Positions 13,303-27,135 of a stretch of DNA of 64,000 nucleotides are shown here, in pieces (within the stretch, counting starts at the first letter, position 1; each line of letters begins with the position of its first letter). A program made the translations under genes and the position numbers. The stretch is from Trichosphaerium sp. ATCC 40318 (taxonomy: Eukaryota; Protista; Tubulinea), in assembly GCA_038496445.1 (NCBI GenBank), contig JALMLS010000093.1, positions 186,001 to 250,000 of the forward strand, read 5' to 3'. The notes below the pieces were generated by a model. That model was not told the DNA's origin and made no database searches. It saw only the letters and a list, made by a program, of their open reading frames with translations.

Positions 13303-16300
13303 ATGAAAGCGAAGCAATTGCAGGCTAATAAGACAAGCTTGGCTGTACGTTCTCTATTCAATTTCTTTTAAGCATTCTGTCGTTAGTATTAGCACGCTTA
13401 TGCCATTATAGACACCTTTGAAGCGTAAGAAATTTAAAAGAGCAGATAGTTATTGTGATGAGTTAAAACGCTCTAAAAGCGAAGCAAAAGTACTCACAGG
13501 AGAGGTTTACGCAGGTAAGGAAGCTTTTACGAAACTACATAATGACACTCCGCGTAGCCGTTTTAAATTCACACAGAGGCAACAAACGACGTACGTTGCT
13601 CACGAAGGAACCATCTAACTAATCACAGAAGCCCGAGATGTGTTGGAGAGAACTTTATCAAAAGCGACAGAGAGGCGGGAAAATATAGATCCAGCTACTC
13701 TTGCAGAGGGTGCTGAAGTGTTGACTTCCTTGTACAAAGAAGCAGGAGAAGCGGAAAAACCGGTATGGGACTCTTACTTTTTGTTCGAAAGTTTGCTACC
13801 GCTACAGCAACTGCATATCCGCGCCTGTATTTATCTAATCGATTATTTCTAGCTGCGTAAATTCAGCAATAGCAGCATGTCAAAACAAGACAAAAGAAAG
13901 CGCGCATTGGCGCTTGTAGACGCTGGTACAAATTTAAAAGTGAATAAAGGTCAAGTCACTGAAGGTACAATTTTTTTTGATGTTCAAAAACTTTTTTGAC
14001 ACGTTGTGCATGTTAATTAAATCATGATTGCACGCCTAATTTTTTTTCAAGGTCTTAATTGCTACAAACGTGCACTTGCATTGGATCCAACTTGTGCTTG
14101 TGCACACTACAACCTTGGCGTGGTTCATGGCGAGCAACACAACTATCAAAAAGCGCTCAAATATTTCAAAGCTGCAGTCAAGTTCTCGCCGAGCAACGTT
14201 CAAGCACTATCGAATATAGGTGTTATTTATATGACGCAAGGAAAATTGAAAATGGCAGTCATGACATTCAAGAAGGTGTTGGACATTGACTCTGGTTTCT
14301 TTTTTGCCAAATCTAGACTAGCCACATTATTGACTGATATTGGAACCCAATGTAAAGAAAAGGGACACATCAAGGTACGCTTCATAAATCAATTGTGCAA
14401 TCCGACATTGTTCTAATTCCAAGAAAAATTTTAGCAAGGTATCAAGTTGTACAAGGAAGCTTTGTTCTACAAACATAATTTCTCGGAAGCATACTACAAT
14501 ATGGGTGTAGCATACACCGAGTTGCACAAATATCAACGTGCGGTATGTAACAAGACAAAAAAGGGGTTGTTTTGATGTTGTTCTAATCAAGATTAGATAC
14601 ACATGTATTCTTTGACTATACAATTCGATCCAGGACACATCAAGGCATACAACAACCTTGGCGTGCTGTATAATAATGCTAGAGATTTCGACACTGCCAT
14701 CAACTTGTATTTAAAGGCACTTGAAATCAGCCCAGGCCTCCCTCAGACGCTCAACAATCTTGCTGTAAGTAACGTCTTCACTCATCTTTTTTTTTGTCTT
14801 TAGCTTATTAACAATAACTTAGGTATCTTGCACGTTGCGGGGCGATATTGAAAAAGCAGCGTCAGTCATTGACAGTGCTCTTCAACATAACCCAAATTTT
14901 GGCGACGCTTGGCACACATACGCACAAGTTTGTGGCGAACAAGCTGATGTTGCTGGTGCCATTAAGGCCCTAAGAAGGGTTCTAAAACTAAATCCAAACC
15001 ACAAAACAGCAGGATCAAGTCTCATGTTCCTCCTTAATTGTACGGCCCTTTTTGGAAAACAAATTTGATGATTGCGTTGTTCTCACTGTTTTCGTTAGAT
15101 GTACCATCACTTCATGGAAACAATGCGTTCAAAGAGCACGTGGCATGGGGTAACAAATGCCAAAAAATGTATAAACCAAGATTACCTCCTGCACGTGTTA
15201 TGAAAGAACATAGTGGCAAGATTAACATAGCTTACATCTCACCTGACTTCCGTCAACACTCAGTGTCGTACTTTGTAGAAGTTCCACTGAAATACTATGA
15301 TAGATCTAGATTTACAGTGACATGGTATACTACCCCTTTTAGTTAAACATGTGAGCCCTTTACTCACATTTATTTTTAGCCTGGCCAACGTAGATAAGCC
15401 AGATGGCGTGACTTCCATGTTGAAAAAGTATCCGGATCGTTGGATTAATATCAGCAGATACAACGCACATAAGGTTGCTGAGATTATTCGTGAGCATAAC
15501 ATTCATATCTTGATCGATTTGGCGGGACACACGAGTAACAACAGACTCGATGTCATGGCCTTGCAATCAGCTAAATTGCAGGCCACTTGGATAGGTTATC
15601 CTAACACCACTGGTCTCAATACAATCCAGTATAGGCTGACAGATAGCCACGTTGATCCAGAAGACACAAAACAAGAATACACTGAAGAGTTAGTGCGCAT
15701 TCCTGGTTGTTTTCTGTGTTATACACCACCTCGCCAAGCACCTGACGTCAAGTTTGCACCATGTTTAAAGAATGGATATATCACCTTTGGATCTTTTAAT
15801 ACATTATCCAAGATGAACGATCGTGTCGTTCAGCTATGGTCTCGCGTACTGCTGGCTGTCGATAAATCTGTGCGTTTGTTTGAACAAATCCTTTTTTTCA
15901 AAAGTTTTTTTTTTTGGTGCTTACACGTGTTAACTTTAGAGGCTGGTTCTAAAAACAAAGGCACTACTTGTTGCTTCTGTTCGCAATCGCGTTTGGGCAC
16001 AATTCAAGAATTGTGGTGTAGATCCTTCCAGAATTCAACTGCTTGGTCACACAGCCACTACCAGAGCTCATTTGGCGCTCTATGACAAAATGGACATTAG
16101 TTTAGACTCCTTCCCTTATGCTGGTACAACAACCACCGCTGAGGCCTTGCATATGGGCATTCCTGTCCTTACATTGCGCACTAACAGAGGCATTGACAAG
16201 ATCACTTATGGTATGTTTGTGTTGCTCAACCTTTTTTTTGATACGTTGGTACTTACTCTTGTCTTTCTTCAGGTGACATTCATGCTGCCAATGTTGGTGT

Positions 16301-16523
16301 TTCAGTTCTAGAGGCTATCGGTAAACCGGAATGGATTGCTGATGGTGCAGACGATTTTGTAGATATTGCAGTGCGCTTGTCAGAAGACTTTAGCGCATTG
16401 AATGATCAACGATTGGCACTGCGACAGCAGGTCAATAATTCAATTTTTTGTGATGGTCCTGCCTTTATGAAGCGTGTAGAATCAATTTACACGACATGGT
16501 ATGATAACGAACTTGCCGAATAG
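13303..16523 (+). CDS. SPY: SPINDLY-type nucleocytoplasmic O-fucosyltransferase (TPR repeats plus GT41), spliced
   Basis: TPRs (AHYNLGVV, AYNNLGVLY), IAYISPDFRQHSVSYF, DLAGHTSNNRL, TWIGYPNTTGL, ITFGSFN, DISLDSFPYAGTTTT. The start is approximate. Confidence 0.88.
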
Positions 16524-16656
16524 GCTAAAAAACATCTTGTAAAATAAAAAAAAAACCAACCCCTTGCACATACAAAAACAGTTCAAGTTTTTAGCAAAAG
16601 GTTATGAGGAATGTACACTATAATACTGGCATTTAGCGCCTGTTGTGTGCGATTAG

Positions 16657-17765
16657 TTACATTACATAAGGTAGAAGTGCTTCAAGAAAACCCTGTGGGT
16701 TACTAAAATGTACATAGTGTCCACCATGAACAGTTTTGATTTGTGCCTTGGTAAACATGGAACGAATAACAGTTTCATGCTTTGGCAATACGTAATCGCT
16801 TTCGCTGCCCTTAATGAATAGCGCATCTCCGCTGTATGTGCGTTGCTCCTTCTCTGGTTCGCCTTGTACAAGGCCTTCAATTGCAAAGTCTAGAGCGTCC
16901 AAGTTTAACCTCCATTTGTATTTATTTTGTTTGGTTGTGTCGGAAACAAGGTTTTGAAGCAAGAACCCTCGAACAAAGTCATCCTGGGTTATTGTGGTTA
17001 GTACGATTTGGGTAACCTATGATACTCTTCGGCTTAGAACGTACTGGTATTGATTCTTTTAATGCTCTGTCGATATCAAGTCTAGTGTTGAGTGATGCTA
17101 GATCGAGTTGTTTCATGCCTTTCAAAAATTGCTTGAATAAAGTCGGCTGAGACAGGTAGGCGCCAGGAGCAATATCAATCTATTACAAATAATGTTGGTG
17201 TTGGTGGATAAAGAACTCGGTTGGTTTTGGGTGTTGTGGGAACGTACCACCGCTATTTTATCCATGAGCTCAGGATGAGACAGTGCGAGTTCCATGACAG
17301 CCTTTCCTCCCATAGAGTGCCCACAAACAATGGGCTTTTCGATCTTGTGGTGCTCCAAGAACAGTTTAATGTCTGATGCCATATCAGGGTACGTCATTGA
17401 GTTTACATGTGGACTTTTACCGTGGTTGCGGAGGTCCATCTAACCAACCGTCAGAGGTGGAAACTTATCCTTACTTTCTTACCAAGTAAACGTTTCTGTT
17501 GGCGTCTTCAGTGATTTTAGTGCTGTAAGACAAGTTAGGCAATCACCAAAATGTCATTAATACAGTACCCTATTCGCCTCCAGTTGTTCCCATAGCCGAA
17601 TAACCCATGTAGAATGAGTACAGGTGGCTTTGTAGCATTTTTAGCTTCAATAAGCGAGCTATTGAGCAATACTGGTCCTGAACCACTCTCGACGCTATAT
17701 TGGCGCCTTGTGTGCGATGTTGATGCTGCTTTACGCCTACAACGTACAAAATGTCTACCAAGCAT
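16657..17765 (-). CDS. ABHD11: Mitochondrial alpha/beta hydrolase, ABHD11/YbfF-like, spliced
   Basis: Transit-like N-terminus, LHGLFGYGNNWR, DLRNHGKSPH, GHSMGGK, FIKGSESDYV, GGHYVH. Confidence 0.87.
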
Positions 17766-17885
17766 AGGGATGAAGTTTCTCCGCGACCTTTATGGTTTGT
17801 AAGCAGTAGACTTCAAATTTATTTACATTAGTTTGTACAATCGATAAGTCAAATCCAGTCAAAAAAAAAGAAAAAAGAAGAAGTG

Positions 17886-19761
17886 TCACTTTGACGGCTG
17901 GAGTGACTGCGGTGTCAAGAAGAACCTATTAAGGTCGTTCATTAGTACGCGGGGAGGGAGCGCTTGTGGGCAGCTTGACTCCTTTAAATTTACTAGCATT
18001 TGACGTATGAGTGCCTTTGTGCACGAGGTTCGGGTTGCTGGAAGCAGTTGTTGACCTAGTGCTCGCAATTAACAAAATTCTGAATAGTCTTAGCGTACAT
18101 TCCACATCGGCATAGCATATGCACACCGCCAAAGCCACGCAAACAGCTGTTTCTAAGCTGTCGATTGAATGTATCAATACGGATTTTCTTGATGTAATGA
18201 TGGGTTTTACAAACTTTAAAAGAGTTGGTATAACACGTGATAATTTTTGTTTGTCTTTCTTCCCTTTCTGGATGTACGAGTCAATGTGGAGCCAAACAAT
18301 CTATGTCCATACCTGAATATTCAAATGAAGATAGCGATCATTATTAGAAAAGATTGCATAGGCAGATGATGAGCAATTTATAAATGCATCAAAACTATTT
18401 AGAGTAGCCAAGGAAACTGTATCTGCACTACAACTGACAGCAATACCAGTTTTTCCAATATTAAATATATGCTCTGCACTGTAATTTGTCGTATCATTTC
18501 CTATTTAGGTTGGTAATCAGCATTGTTGCTACAAGCACCTTGGGTCAGTCCTTTACTAATATCTTGCTTCTCTTGTTCGATCACTTGTTGTATTCTACTG
18601 TCAGTATGCTCTCTTGATTCTAAAATAAAGTTTACATGTTTCCAAAAGATGGATGGCGTAAGTCCCTACATAACAAAACCAGACTTTAATCAATTGTTAA
18701 TTGGCACAAAATTGTCTTACTTTGGCCCAAGTTTCGTGATCATCACCAGCGCCTTGGAGATAAAACACGTCGTCATCTCTTTGCTCCCTTGAAGCAGTAA
18801 CACATATGACTAAATTTGAACTACATAAGCAATAAATTGAAATGTACAAGCTCACCAAACGTGAAGGCATTGTCTACCAACGGGTTAGGTAAAACACAGT
18901 ATTTTTTTTTTTACCTGGAAATGACATGACATCCAGATTGGATGATGGATACACACAAAGACATCTCATTGGCTTCTTACAAATAGTAGCGAGTTCCTTC
19001 ACGGCAGGTATATCTGCGGTCAACAAAGTTGTAACAAACTCTGGGATATTGTTAAATTATTAGTTTGGCATAATAATATAATCCAACCTGGTATTTTTTC
19101 GAGCATTTGATCCTTTTCTGATTGAGAAATCCAGGATGGTGTACACAACGCATGCCACAATCTTTTAACAGAAATAAGAAATTGCAAACAACTACACCTA
19201 TCGCGTACTCTTTAACGTCTTCGCCTAATCCTTTCAACTTGTGTATCGCTCTGTTCACGACGCACATCCATATCGGCACAGTTCTAGAGAAGCTTGAAGG
19301 ACCGATGAGCGCGAAGAGTAGGTATCATACGAAAAACACGTGCCTGTCTGGAAATCGCTTGCCTTTTCTTGTTGAGTCTATTAGAATGCATCCACCATTT
19401 GAAGCTGCTGCTGTGGCTACGCTTAGGTTGAGTCTGTTCATTGGGAAAGCCCATGTGCCGTAGTGACCATCAGTGCTCTGAAAACTCTTAAAAATGCAGT
19501 CAATATCATTTACGTGCCTTAAAGTAACATGTCAGATCGAATTTGGGCGCGTACCATTCGCCACACCGCAAATTGGCGATTAACTTGAATTTAGATGGCA
19601 ATTTGCTGCATTGGCGTGTAAGCGAAGCGTGTTTATGACATGTCGCACTCTCTAACCACCTCTATGAACAAGGCATCTTGCTGAATCGATTTTAGTCTTT
19701 TGTATGCGCTCTGCTCATCCTTTTTAAGGCTTTTTTCAAATTCATAGATTGAATTGGCCAT
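17886..19761 (-). CDS. RIT1: Initiator tRNA A64 2'-O-phosphoribosyl transferase, spliced
   Basis: ANLRCGEWY, CYFK|STDGHYGTW, RLNL, GGCILIDSTRKGKRFPD|SFSRTVPIWMCVVNRA. Two of its introns have GC donors. Confidence 0.9.
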
Positions 19762-19849
19762 CAGCACAGCCTACAGGCAGTTCAAGTTGAAATACAGTTC
19801 ACTGATAACTTTAATAAAATGTCAAAAAAGGTCAAACTTAAACTCTTGT

Positions 19850-22803
19850 TTATTGTGTTTGTTCGTCCGGTTGGTCAGTATCTTCTTGAGCATCGCCATC
19901 ACTCTCTTCCTCAGTGTTTATGTCGGTACCTTCGGCCGCATTTTGTGTATCATTCGTGTTCTTTGGTATGTTTTTTCGCCATTTTTTTTGAATTGTATTG
20001 TACGACGTCTGGACTTGTGTTGAAGGAAGACACTCATGCAACGCCTTGCCACATTCATAAGATACTTGAGTGTCAACAAGCTGCAGAAACTGAAGTGGTA
20101 TAAATCTGGTTTTAGCAAGCACTAGAAATCTAGCAAATGCATCATCACTGATACCCTGGCAGTGAGACACGTGCAGAGCCTGTAGACTGACACAATTCTC
20201 CATTATCTTACCAATAGTCTCTACAAGCTCTATTGTTAACGAATAACTGGCGAGTCAATGTGTGGGCACAAAGTAGAACACGTGCCTGAAGAAACTTTGG
20301 AGGATGTCAAATCCAGGTGAGTTAAGCTTGTGTATAACTTTGAATTGTTTCCAATGAGTTCTAAGGCTTTAGTAGATACAAGCGGTGCATCCTTTAAATC
20401 AAGCATTGCCAAGTTTGTTAAATTCCCAATCATTTTTGTAAAATGTGTGTCAGTTACAGGCAGTATACCTGTTAATGGCTTGATGTTCAACTTGCGTAGA
20501 TTAGTGCATGTTGACGTGAATATCATAAGATCTTCAAAAGTCTTTTGTATAGAAAACCCTACACGCCACAGTCTCAAGCATCCCAATTGATTACAATCAA
20601 CATGTGGCACTTCTCTAACAGAATTATGAGTATTCAGCGAATACAGCATACTATCGCACGTTGATGGCAGTGAATAGAACTTGGAGTTGTATATACTGAT
20701 GTCTACAAGCTTTGGAAGATTGCTTATCATCTGTGGAAGCTGATTCAGTGATAATAACGCTCCGCTAGGAAGATGTAAGTGTTAAAAAACTGATTTCTTT
20801 ACATCAAAAATGTTTAATGTCAATGTGTTGTACCTGACGCTAAGGGCTGAAAGGTTCTTGTTATGACTAAGCATTTCTGCAATATCGAATTTAAAGTGGT
20901 CAGCCTTGACGTCCTTGTTCTGATGTAGGTTCATATGGAGCATGTTCAAACGCGCCAGTCTGCTTATGCCAACGGAAACGCTCTCAGGTTCCCATAAGCC
21001 AACATTCAAGTATGACAAACGAGGAAACTTGTCTGCTATATCCTCCATCGTTCTTGAGAATCTCAGTCAGTATAAACTGTAACAAAGACTACACTTGAGC
21101 CAGACTCACTGTTTGCCAAAAGCTTTAGTAAAAGCGTAAATCTCCAAACTAGTCAACTGTTTCATTGTAAGTTTATCAAAAAGAAACCAAGAATGCTACC
21201 TGATCGCTATTGGATAATACCCCAAATGGTCTTCTCAATACCCGACAAGAGTTTAGTGCGAGCACAGTCAACTTGCTGCAATGTGTCAATAATGTGTGAA
21301 CTGTGGCATCATTGATATCAGTCATTGATGCAACGCTATTATAACCCAGTTAGAACACACATCTCGCACATACCTCACGTACAATGTCTGAATGTGCGGA
21401 CTCTGTTTTAGTAACTCACAACATTTCTATACGATATTTGAGAACAGAATAATGGATCACGTGCCGTACCTGATTATCAAAAGGCTTCTAAAAAATTCCA
21501 AAAAAAAAAGGTTAGAAAGAGCGCACAGCAAATAACTATCGTACACCATCCAACTTTGGAATGTATAATTCTGTGAGGTAATTGCACGACATCAATAAGG
21601 AACATTGTGTACCGAAGAGCGTTGGTTGCTTTGGCAGCCTGCAATTTATGTTACCGTTGTTGCTCCAAAAACCATTGGTATACAAACAACTAAACGCACC
21701 AGATTCTTTGCATGTTTGTCAAATGTCGTAACGCATTAGTCCAGCCAGCGTCAGTTAAACTTTCTAGTTCGTATCGTAAGAAATTACAACAAAAGGGAAG
21801 TGACATACTTGCTTGAGACATTTCAAGTAATGTCAGAGAGCTCAGCCTAGCAAGTGCCTTTTCCAGTGTATCCGACATATGATGTCCCTTGATACGAAGT
21901 TGAACCATGCGCGAGCACTTATTCAAAAATCCAGCTAACTGTGTTGGTGTTTTGGCATCGCGTATGAGTCGAGAACACCTTTTTTTTTATGTTAAAAGAC
22001 ATTGCACTCTTTAGTTGAAAATGTACCCAGAAATGTTTAAGCTCGTCAGGTTCGCGCTATGTTCTGACATTACAGAAAATAAAGCAGGTTCTATTGCTTT
22101 GCATCCTTGAAGTCCCAAATCGACGAGATTAGGCCAGTGAGGTAGTGTTTCGGCAAGACATGCAGTGTTAAGCTTTTGATGTCTACCAATTATGAGCCTA
22201 GTGAGAATGAATTAGGGCTTTATTCATATTGCACGTGATCAACCTATTGAGGTTTGTGCAGTGCCCCAATGCCTGTATGACTTCGAATGAGGCTGTAGGA
22301 ACCTTGGTAAGATTGATTGAAGTGAGATTTGGCTCTGCCTTTTCGAATTGTTAAACGGATTTCTTTTTATAATAATGTAGTTAATGTACCAGGACCATAT
22401 CCACTAAAACTTTTGGAGAGAAGTTTGTACAACCAAATAGTGAGATGTCTTGTAAGTTGTGATTTGTTGTAAAAATGTTTCGTAAAGTAGCGCTGTTAAT
22501 GCTGTGTCTTACTCCAGAGAGCTTTAATTTAATTGTTAGGGCGTCTAACGTTGGATTAGTTGAGAATGATGCAAGAAACGAGTTTTACCAACAAATAACT
22601 TGATAGTCTCATCATTAATCTTGTGGTAACTTATAAGATCGCCTAATGACAGTCATTAACAAAAGACGAACCATTTGAATTTCAAACCGATAATTATCTC
22701 TCGAAATTTAGGCGGCAGGCGTGCTAAGCTCTTTTGATTGTCAATAAAATAGTCGAAGCCATCAATGATAGCATTTGTGCTTAGTTCTACTAGATTCATC
22801 ATA
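19850..22803 (-). CDS. Leucine-rich repeat protein (RNI/FBXL-like), many exons
   Basis: LxxLxL repeats (CTNLRKLNI, LTNLAMLDL, SLTHLDL, CVSLQALHVSHCQGISD) and an acidic tail. The start is uncertain. Confidence 0.75.
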
Positions 22804-23171
22804 GTTGACACCTCGCTCCTATAATGGCTTATTTCTAATGATTGGGGGTATTGGTGTAAACAGTGAGTGGCGTCTTTCAGAGAAATTTACAGTAAGTGTT
22901 CAATCATGTTGACTACAACTTAAATGAAGACTAATTTTCAGCCAGTTTCCTATGTAAACGCTACTTATGATAGGACACTCGAACAATGTTTGGCTCATTG
23001 CTGAAATTGGAGGACCTTTTAAGCGGATGTGAAGTACTTAACAAACACATAAGTCACTACATCGCATCAGTCACCACAGATGGAGGTACACTGTTAACTT
23101 ACAATATTGCATAATAACGAACCCAGAGAAAAGATATTCCAGACAAGAGCTTTAAAAGCCGTCTATCATAC

Positions 23172-24046
23172 ATGGTCTTAGCGCAAGTGCATTACCTATT
23201 CCTTTATTATGTATTTAATAACTGTAGATGCCTTGTCGTTTGTTTTGGTGTTGTGATAGCATTGTTTTCCAATCAATCAGCTGCTGCCGATGTTCAATCA
23301 GCTGCTGCCGATGTTCAAGAAGAACAACATACACTAACGGCGCGCCAGCGAGATATGCTAGCCCAATGGCAAGAACACCTTAAATATGAGTTTGAAACAA
23401 AGCACACTGATGACACGAGTACGTATTATCGCTTTAACGCATTACTCATGCTTGATTTTACTGACACGTGATCAAAGTATCAACAATGGTATCCGAGTGC
23501 TCAGTCGTACATATACCTACATTGACAGGCGGTTCTGGGCATGAAATGCTCAGGCAATTTTACAGAGACCACTTCATTTCTAGAATGCCAGAATGTGATA
23601 TGTCTGGATTAAAGAGGGTAATAGGTAATCGCGTAGCAAATGACTCTGTTAAAATAACTAAAAAAAAACCTACATAAGGTCATGACAGAATAGTGGATGA
23701 ATTCGTCTTTAGTTTCAATCACGATATTGAAATGGATTGGATGCTTCCTGGTTTAGCACCAACTGGTAAACACGTAGAAGTACCATTTGTTGTTGTAGTC
23801 GAATTTGAGGATGGGCATCTACAAGGAGAAAGGTGAGAGTGATGTTCATTAATTCTTTTTGCTAAATAAAATATACAAAGGATCTATTGGGATCAAGCCA
23901 CCGTTCTCGTTCAGATTGGTCTTTTAAGCCCTCATGGATTACCTGTTGCTCAAGGCTTTGAGCAAGCGCAAGTATTCAAGGGATTGATTCCAGTTAACAA
24001 CCATATGATACCGAATTGGAAAGCCGACAATGCAGAAAATAAATAA
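23172..24046 (+). CDS. SnoaL-like/NTF2-fold ester-cyclase family protein with predicted signal peptide, spliced
   Basis: WQEHLKYEF, HIPTLTGGSG..LRQFYRDHFI, DRIVDEF, DWMLPGLAPTGKHVEVPFVVVVEF, ER|IYWDQATVLVQIGLL. Confidence 0.85.
23272..23318 (+). repeat. Perfect 21-bp tandem duplication (QSAAADV x2)
   Basis: caatcagctgctgccgatgtt occurs twice in tandem. Confidence 0.9.
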
Positions 24047-24143
24047 ATAAAAATTGTAAAAACAAATTAGAAAATTAACCACAACTACAAGCATTAAAAC
24101 CTAAAATTGACAATCATTTCGCATACAAGTTGGTTTATTATTA

Positions 24144-26916
24144 TCATAGAGGACCACTCTCTACTCCCAGAGGATCTAAAGACTAAGAATAAAATGTTAG
24201 AGAGGAAAACTACAAACAAGTGTGACAGCGTACTTCAGTTTCTGGTTCTTCAACTTCAACTTGAGGATTTGGCGCAGATACCTCTGCAGGAGGTACCACA
24301 ACCTCAACACTCGGTTTCTCCTCGCTGTCACTAATGAGTGTCAGGCACGTTATCCAAAATAGGAAGGTTGGTTGATATTACCTGGTGGCTGCTGGAGGGT
24401 TTGTTTCAGCGGTTGTATCTTGTGAGTTAGAGATTGCTTTAGCGCTATCTTGTATTGTAGTTGCTGTTGAGTCTTCATAAGAGAGATTCTCAGTAGTAAG
24501 CATCTCTTGTGGAAGAAGTCCGCCCAATACGTCCTTTATACGTTTTAACTCGGCTATTGCTAAGAATACATTGTCAGGAAGCCTACTAGCCAGTTCAGGC
24601 TCTCCTCTAAACACAAGTTAGAAAAAACCACGTATTTCGTTGATGCGTACAAAATATCACGTTGCAAGCATCCCGCAATGGCTGACAATCTAACAGAGAT
24701 TCGCCCTTGCAGATTTTTCATATCATTAACGTTGCTTTGCATTTTGCGAACCACTAACTCGAGATCATCCTGATACATTGCATTCCTATGAAGACGTTAA
24801 TGCCACAAGGTTTCTTACAACGCAACTCACTTTAAGGCGTTTCTAACTGAAGATTTGAATCCTGATTGCCTTACATTGTTATTACCACCCTTCTTTACAG
24901 GTTGTACTATCGTAAAAAAAGCATATTAGATAAAGAGAATTTAAGATGAAGCATATAAAACTTACAAGGGCGTCCTTCAGCAGGTTGTGTTTTTTTCGGC
25001 TTCTTTTGCTGTGGTTGCGCACGTGGTTGAGTGCGTGCTTGTGGTTGGCGCTTCTGAGCATGTCGCGTTTGTTGTGGTTGTTGATGAGATGGTGCGAGCA
25101 CATGATGCCCTAGCTTGAAGGTTAACTTGCTGGGAACGGTTTTTGAAGTTTGGTGGTACCTGACAGTTCAGTTGGAACAGGTGTCCATGCCGCTGTCAAA
25201 TCAGTACGCATAGGCATTCGTTTTCCACTGAGAAGATTAATGCCACGTGTTACAAATGCATGAGGCGATTCTACAGGTGGATATTTCAATAAACGGCGAA
25301 GACAGCCATTATGATCAGAGGCAAGCACTACCAATGTTGTTAATTCCAAATGGTTTGTTCTTATATTTTTGGTACTTCACGAATTTTTTTGGAGTCAAAC
25401 AAAACGAAAAAATTGCTTACACTGTTCGCGTAGGTACATGAGCATCGCTAATGAAATATAGTCTAAGAGAATAAACCCATTTCCATGAGCAAATATACCA
25501 TCCCAAATGACCATACAGTCCTTTTGTTGGCGTCAGTTCTCAATAATTTTTTTTGATTTGTGTACCTCTATGTGGAATTCACGCATGAACAATAACCTCA
25601 CCCATCGTAGTGCGTATATTTGAGGTTCAATATCAAGTGATTCAATAAAGTTGTACAGTTGTGGATCATGTTTTAGTAGCAGGTTGCGTTGTATGTGAAT
25701 AAGTTTCTTTAAAATTGGAGTCTGCTTTACATTATCTGTTTTTTTCTGATTGGTTTGTCAGTATCTTGGCATTATATTAAATGATCCACGTACATCATCG
25801 GCGTATACTACAAAGTATTTGTGCATCTCATTCATCAAGCCGCAGAAAAGCGCAAAGATATCGTGCTCCATGTATTCAGGGCCCAAAATATGATAAAATC
25901 CGTCCCTTAAAAGATATTAAACAACCATTCATTTTACAAATAATTCTTACCCAAGATCCTCATTCACAGTCTCATTGTTTCGAGCCAAAATAATTGGTGC
26001 TAATAATTCATGCATACCTTGTTTGTATGAGGTATCTTCATGTTCTTTGGAGTATATAAAGAGTACATTAAGCATTAGATCTTTTGTTTTTTGGTCTTGA
26101 AAAAATGGCATTTCAGGGAAACTTTTTTTAGAGTCAAGGAGCAATTTTTTAAATGACACGAGATTGCTAAATATCATTGTAGTCTCAAAGGATACGTTCT
26201 GTCAATATCTTGACTAATAAGTCTCTGTAATCTCTCATTCTCAAAATATTTATCCCAAGGGTTCTACCCAGATGTCAGCGCCGAGGAAAATAACTGAAGC
26301 AACTTCTCTTTTTTAAAAGAGCAACAAAAAATTTTCTTGCGCTCGTGTTTTTTTATGAAATTAAAAATCCATGTCGTACGTCCTCGCTTACGCCAAGAGG
26401 ATCAAAGAGTTTGTCAGCCTCTAAATTAATGTGTAAGAGTAACGCCAAATGATGTAATATTTCTGATGACTTTTACAACTACACTTGTCTATACCTTGAT
26501 GTTCTCTTGGATCCACGATGTGTTTCTTTTTGAGCGCTTCATAATTACGCCTGTGAGTGTCGATTTGCTTTCCCCATGACTTCAAATCAGTTTCTTGTTT
26601 ATCTAAGACGCCCAAAAATACCTTAATACTGTTAAAGACATACGCTTGCGTGTCACATACCATCCAACACAAACTACGACACTGTGATTTCCTCAAACCA
26701 ACGTTATTCTTAATGGCGACATCCAATAACGCATTGTGGGCGTTATAATCGGGTGTAGATACAAAAAAACGTTTGTAATTGAACCTACCCTTATATTTAG
26801 CAGCTGAGTTGCGTGTTTACCGTTTACTTGAGCGTAGCAGCCTCTGCTTTCTTTAACAAAGCTTTGGAATTTGCTGGTGTTTCACCAGCAGCTTCAGGTG
26901 CAAGAGTGTCCGCCAT
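24144..26916 (-). CDS. TBC1D5: TBC-domain Rab GAP, TBC1D5-like, spliced
   Basis: CRSLCWM|VFLG, QDIDRT|FPE, YKQGMHELLAPI, DIEPQIYALRWVRLLFMREF, VIWDGIF, LLKYPPVE, C-terminal DPLG. Confidence 0.85.
26122..26195 (-). other. U12-type (minor spliceosome) GT-AG intron
   Basis: Exact U12 donor GTATCCTTT, branch site CTCCTTGAC 11 nt before the end of AAG. Splicing gives DIDRT-FPEM. Confidence 0.85.
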
Positions 26917-27135
26917 TTGTTGAGTGTATGATCAAGTCGTTCGTGGGAATAAAAACAAAGCAAACGTGGTGGAATCAAGGAACCAATAGTGAAAAAAGTC
27001 AACCAAACGTCAAAAAAAGTAACTTACACATTTTTGTACTAGCGCACATTTGAGAACCCTGAGGTACGTGCAACATAACTAGTTAACTAGTGCACGCTAG
27101 TTTGGCGTAGATATAACTTCCGTATCAGTAAAACA

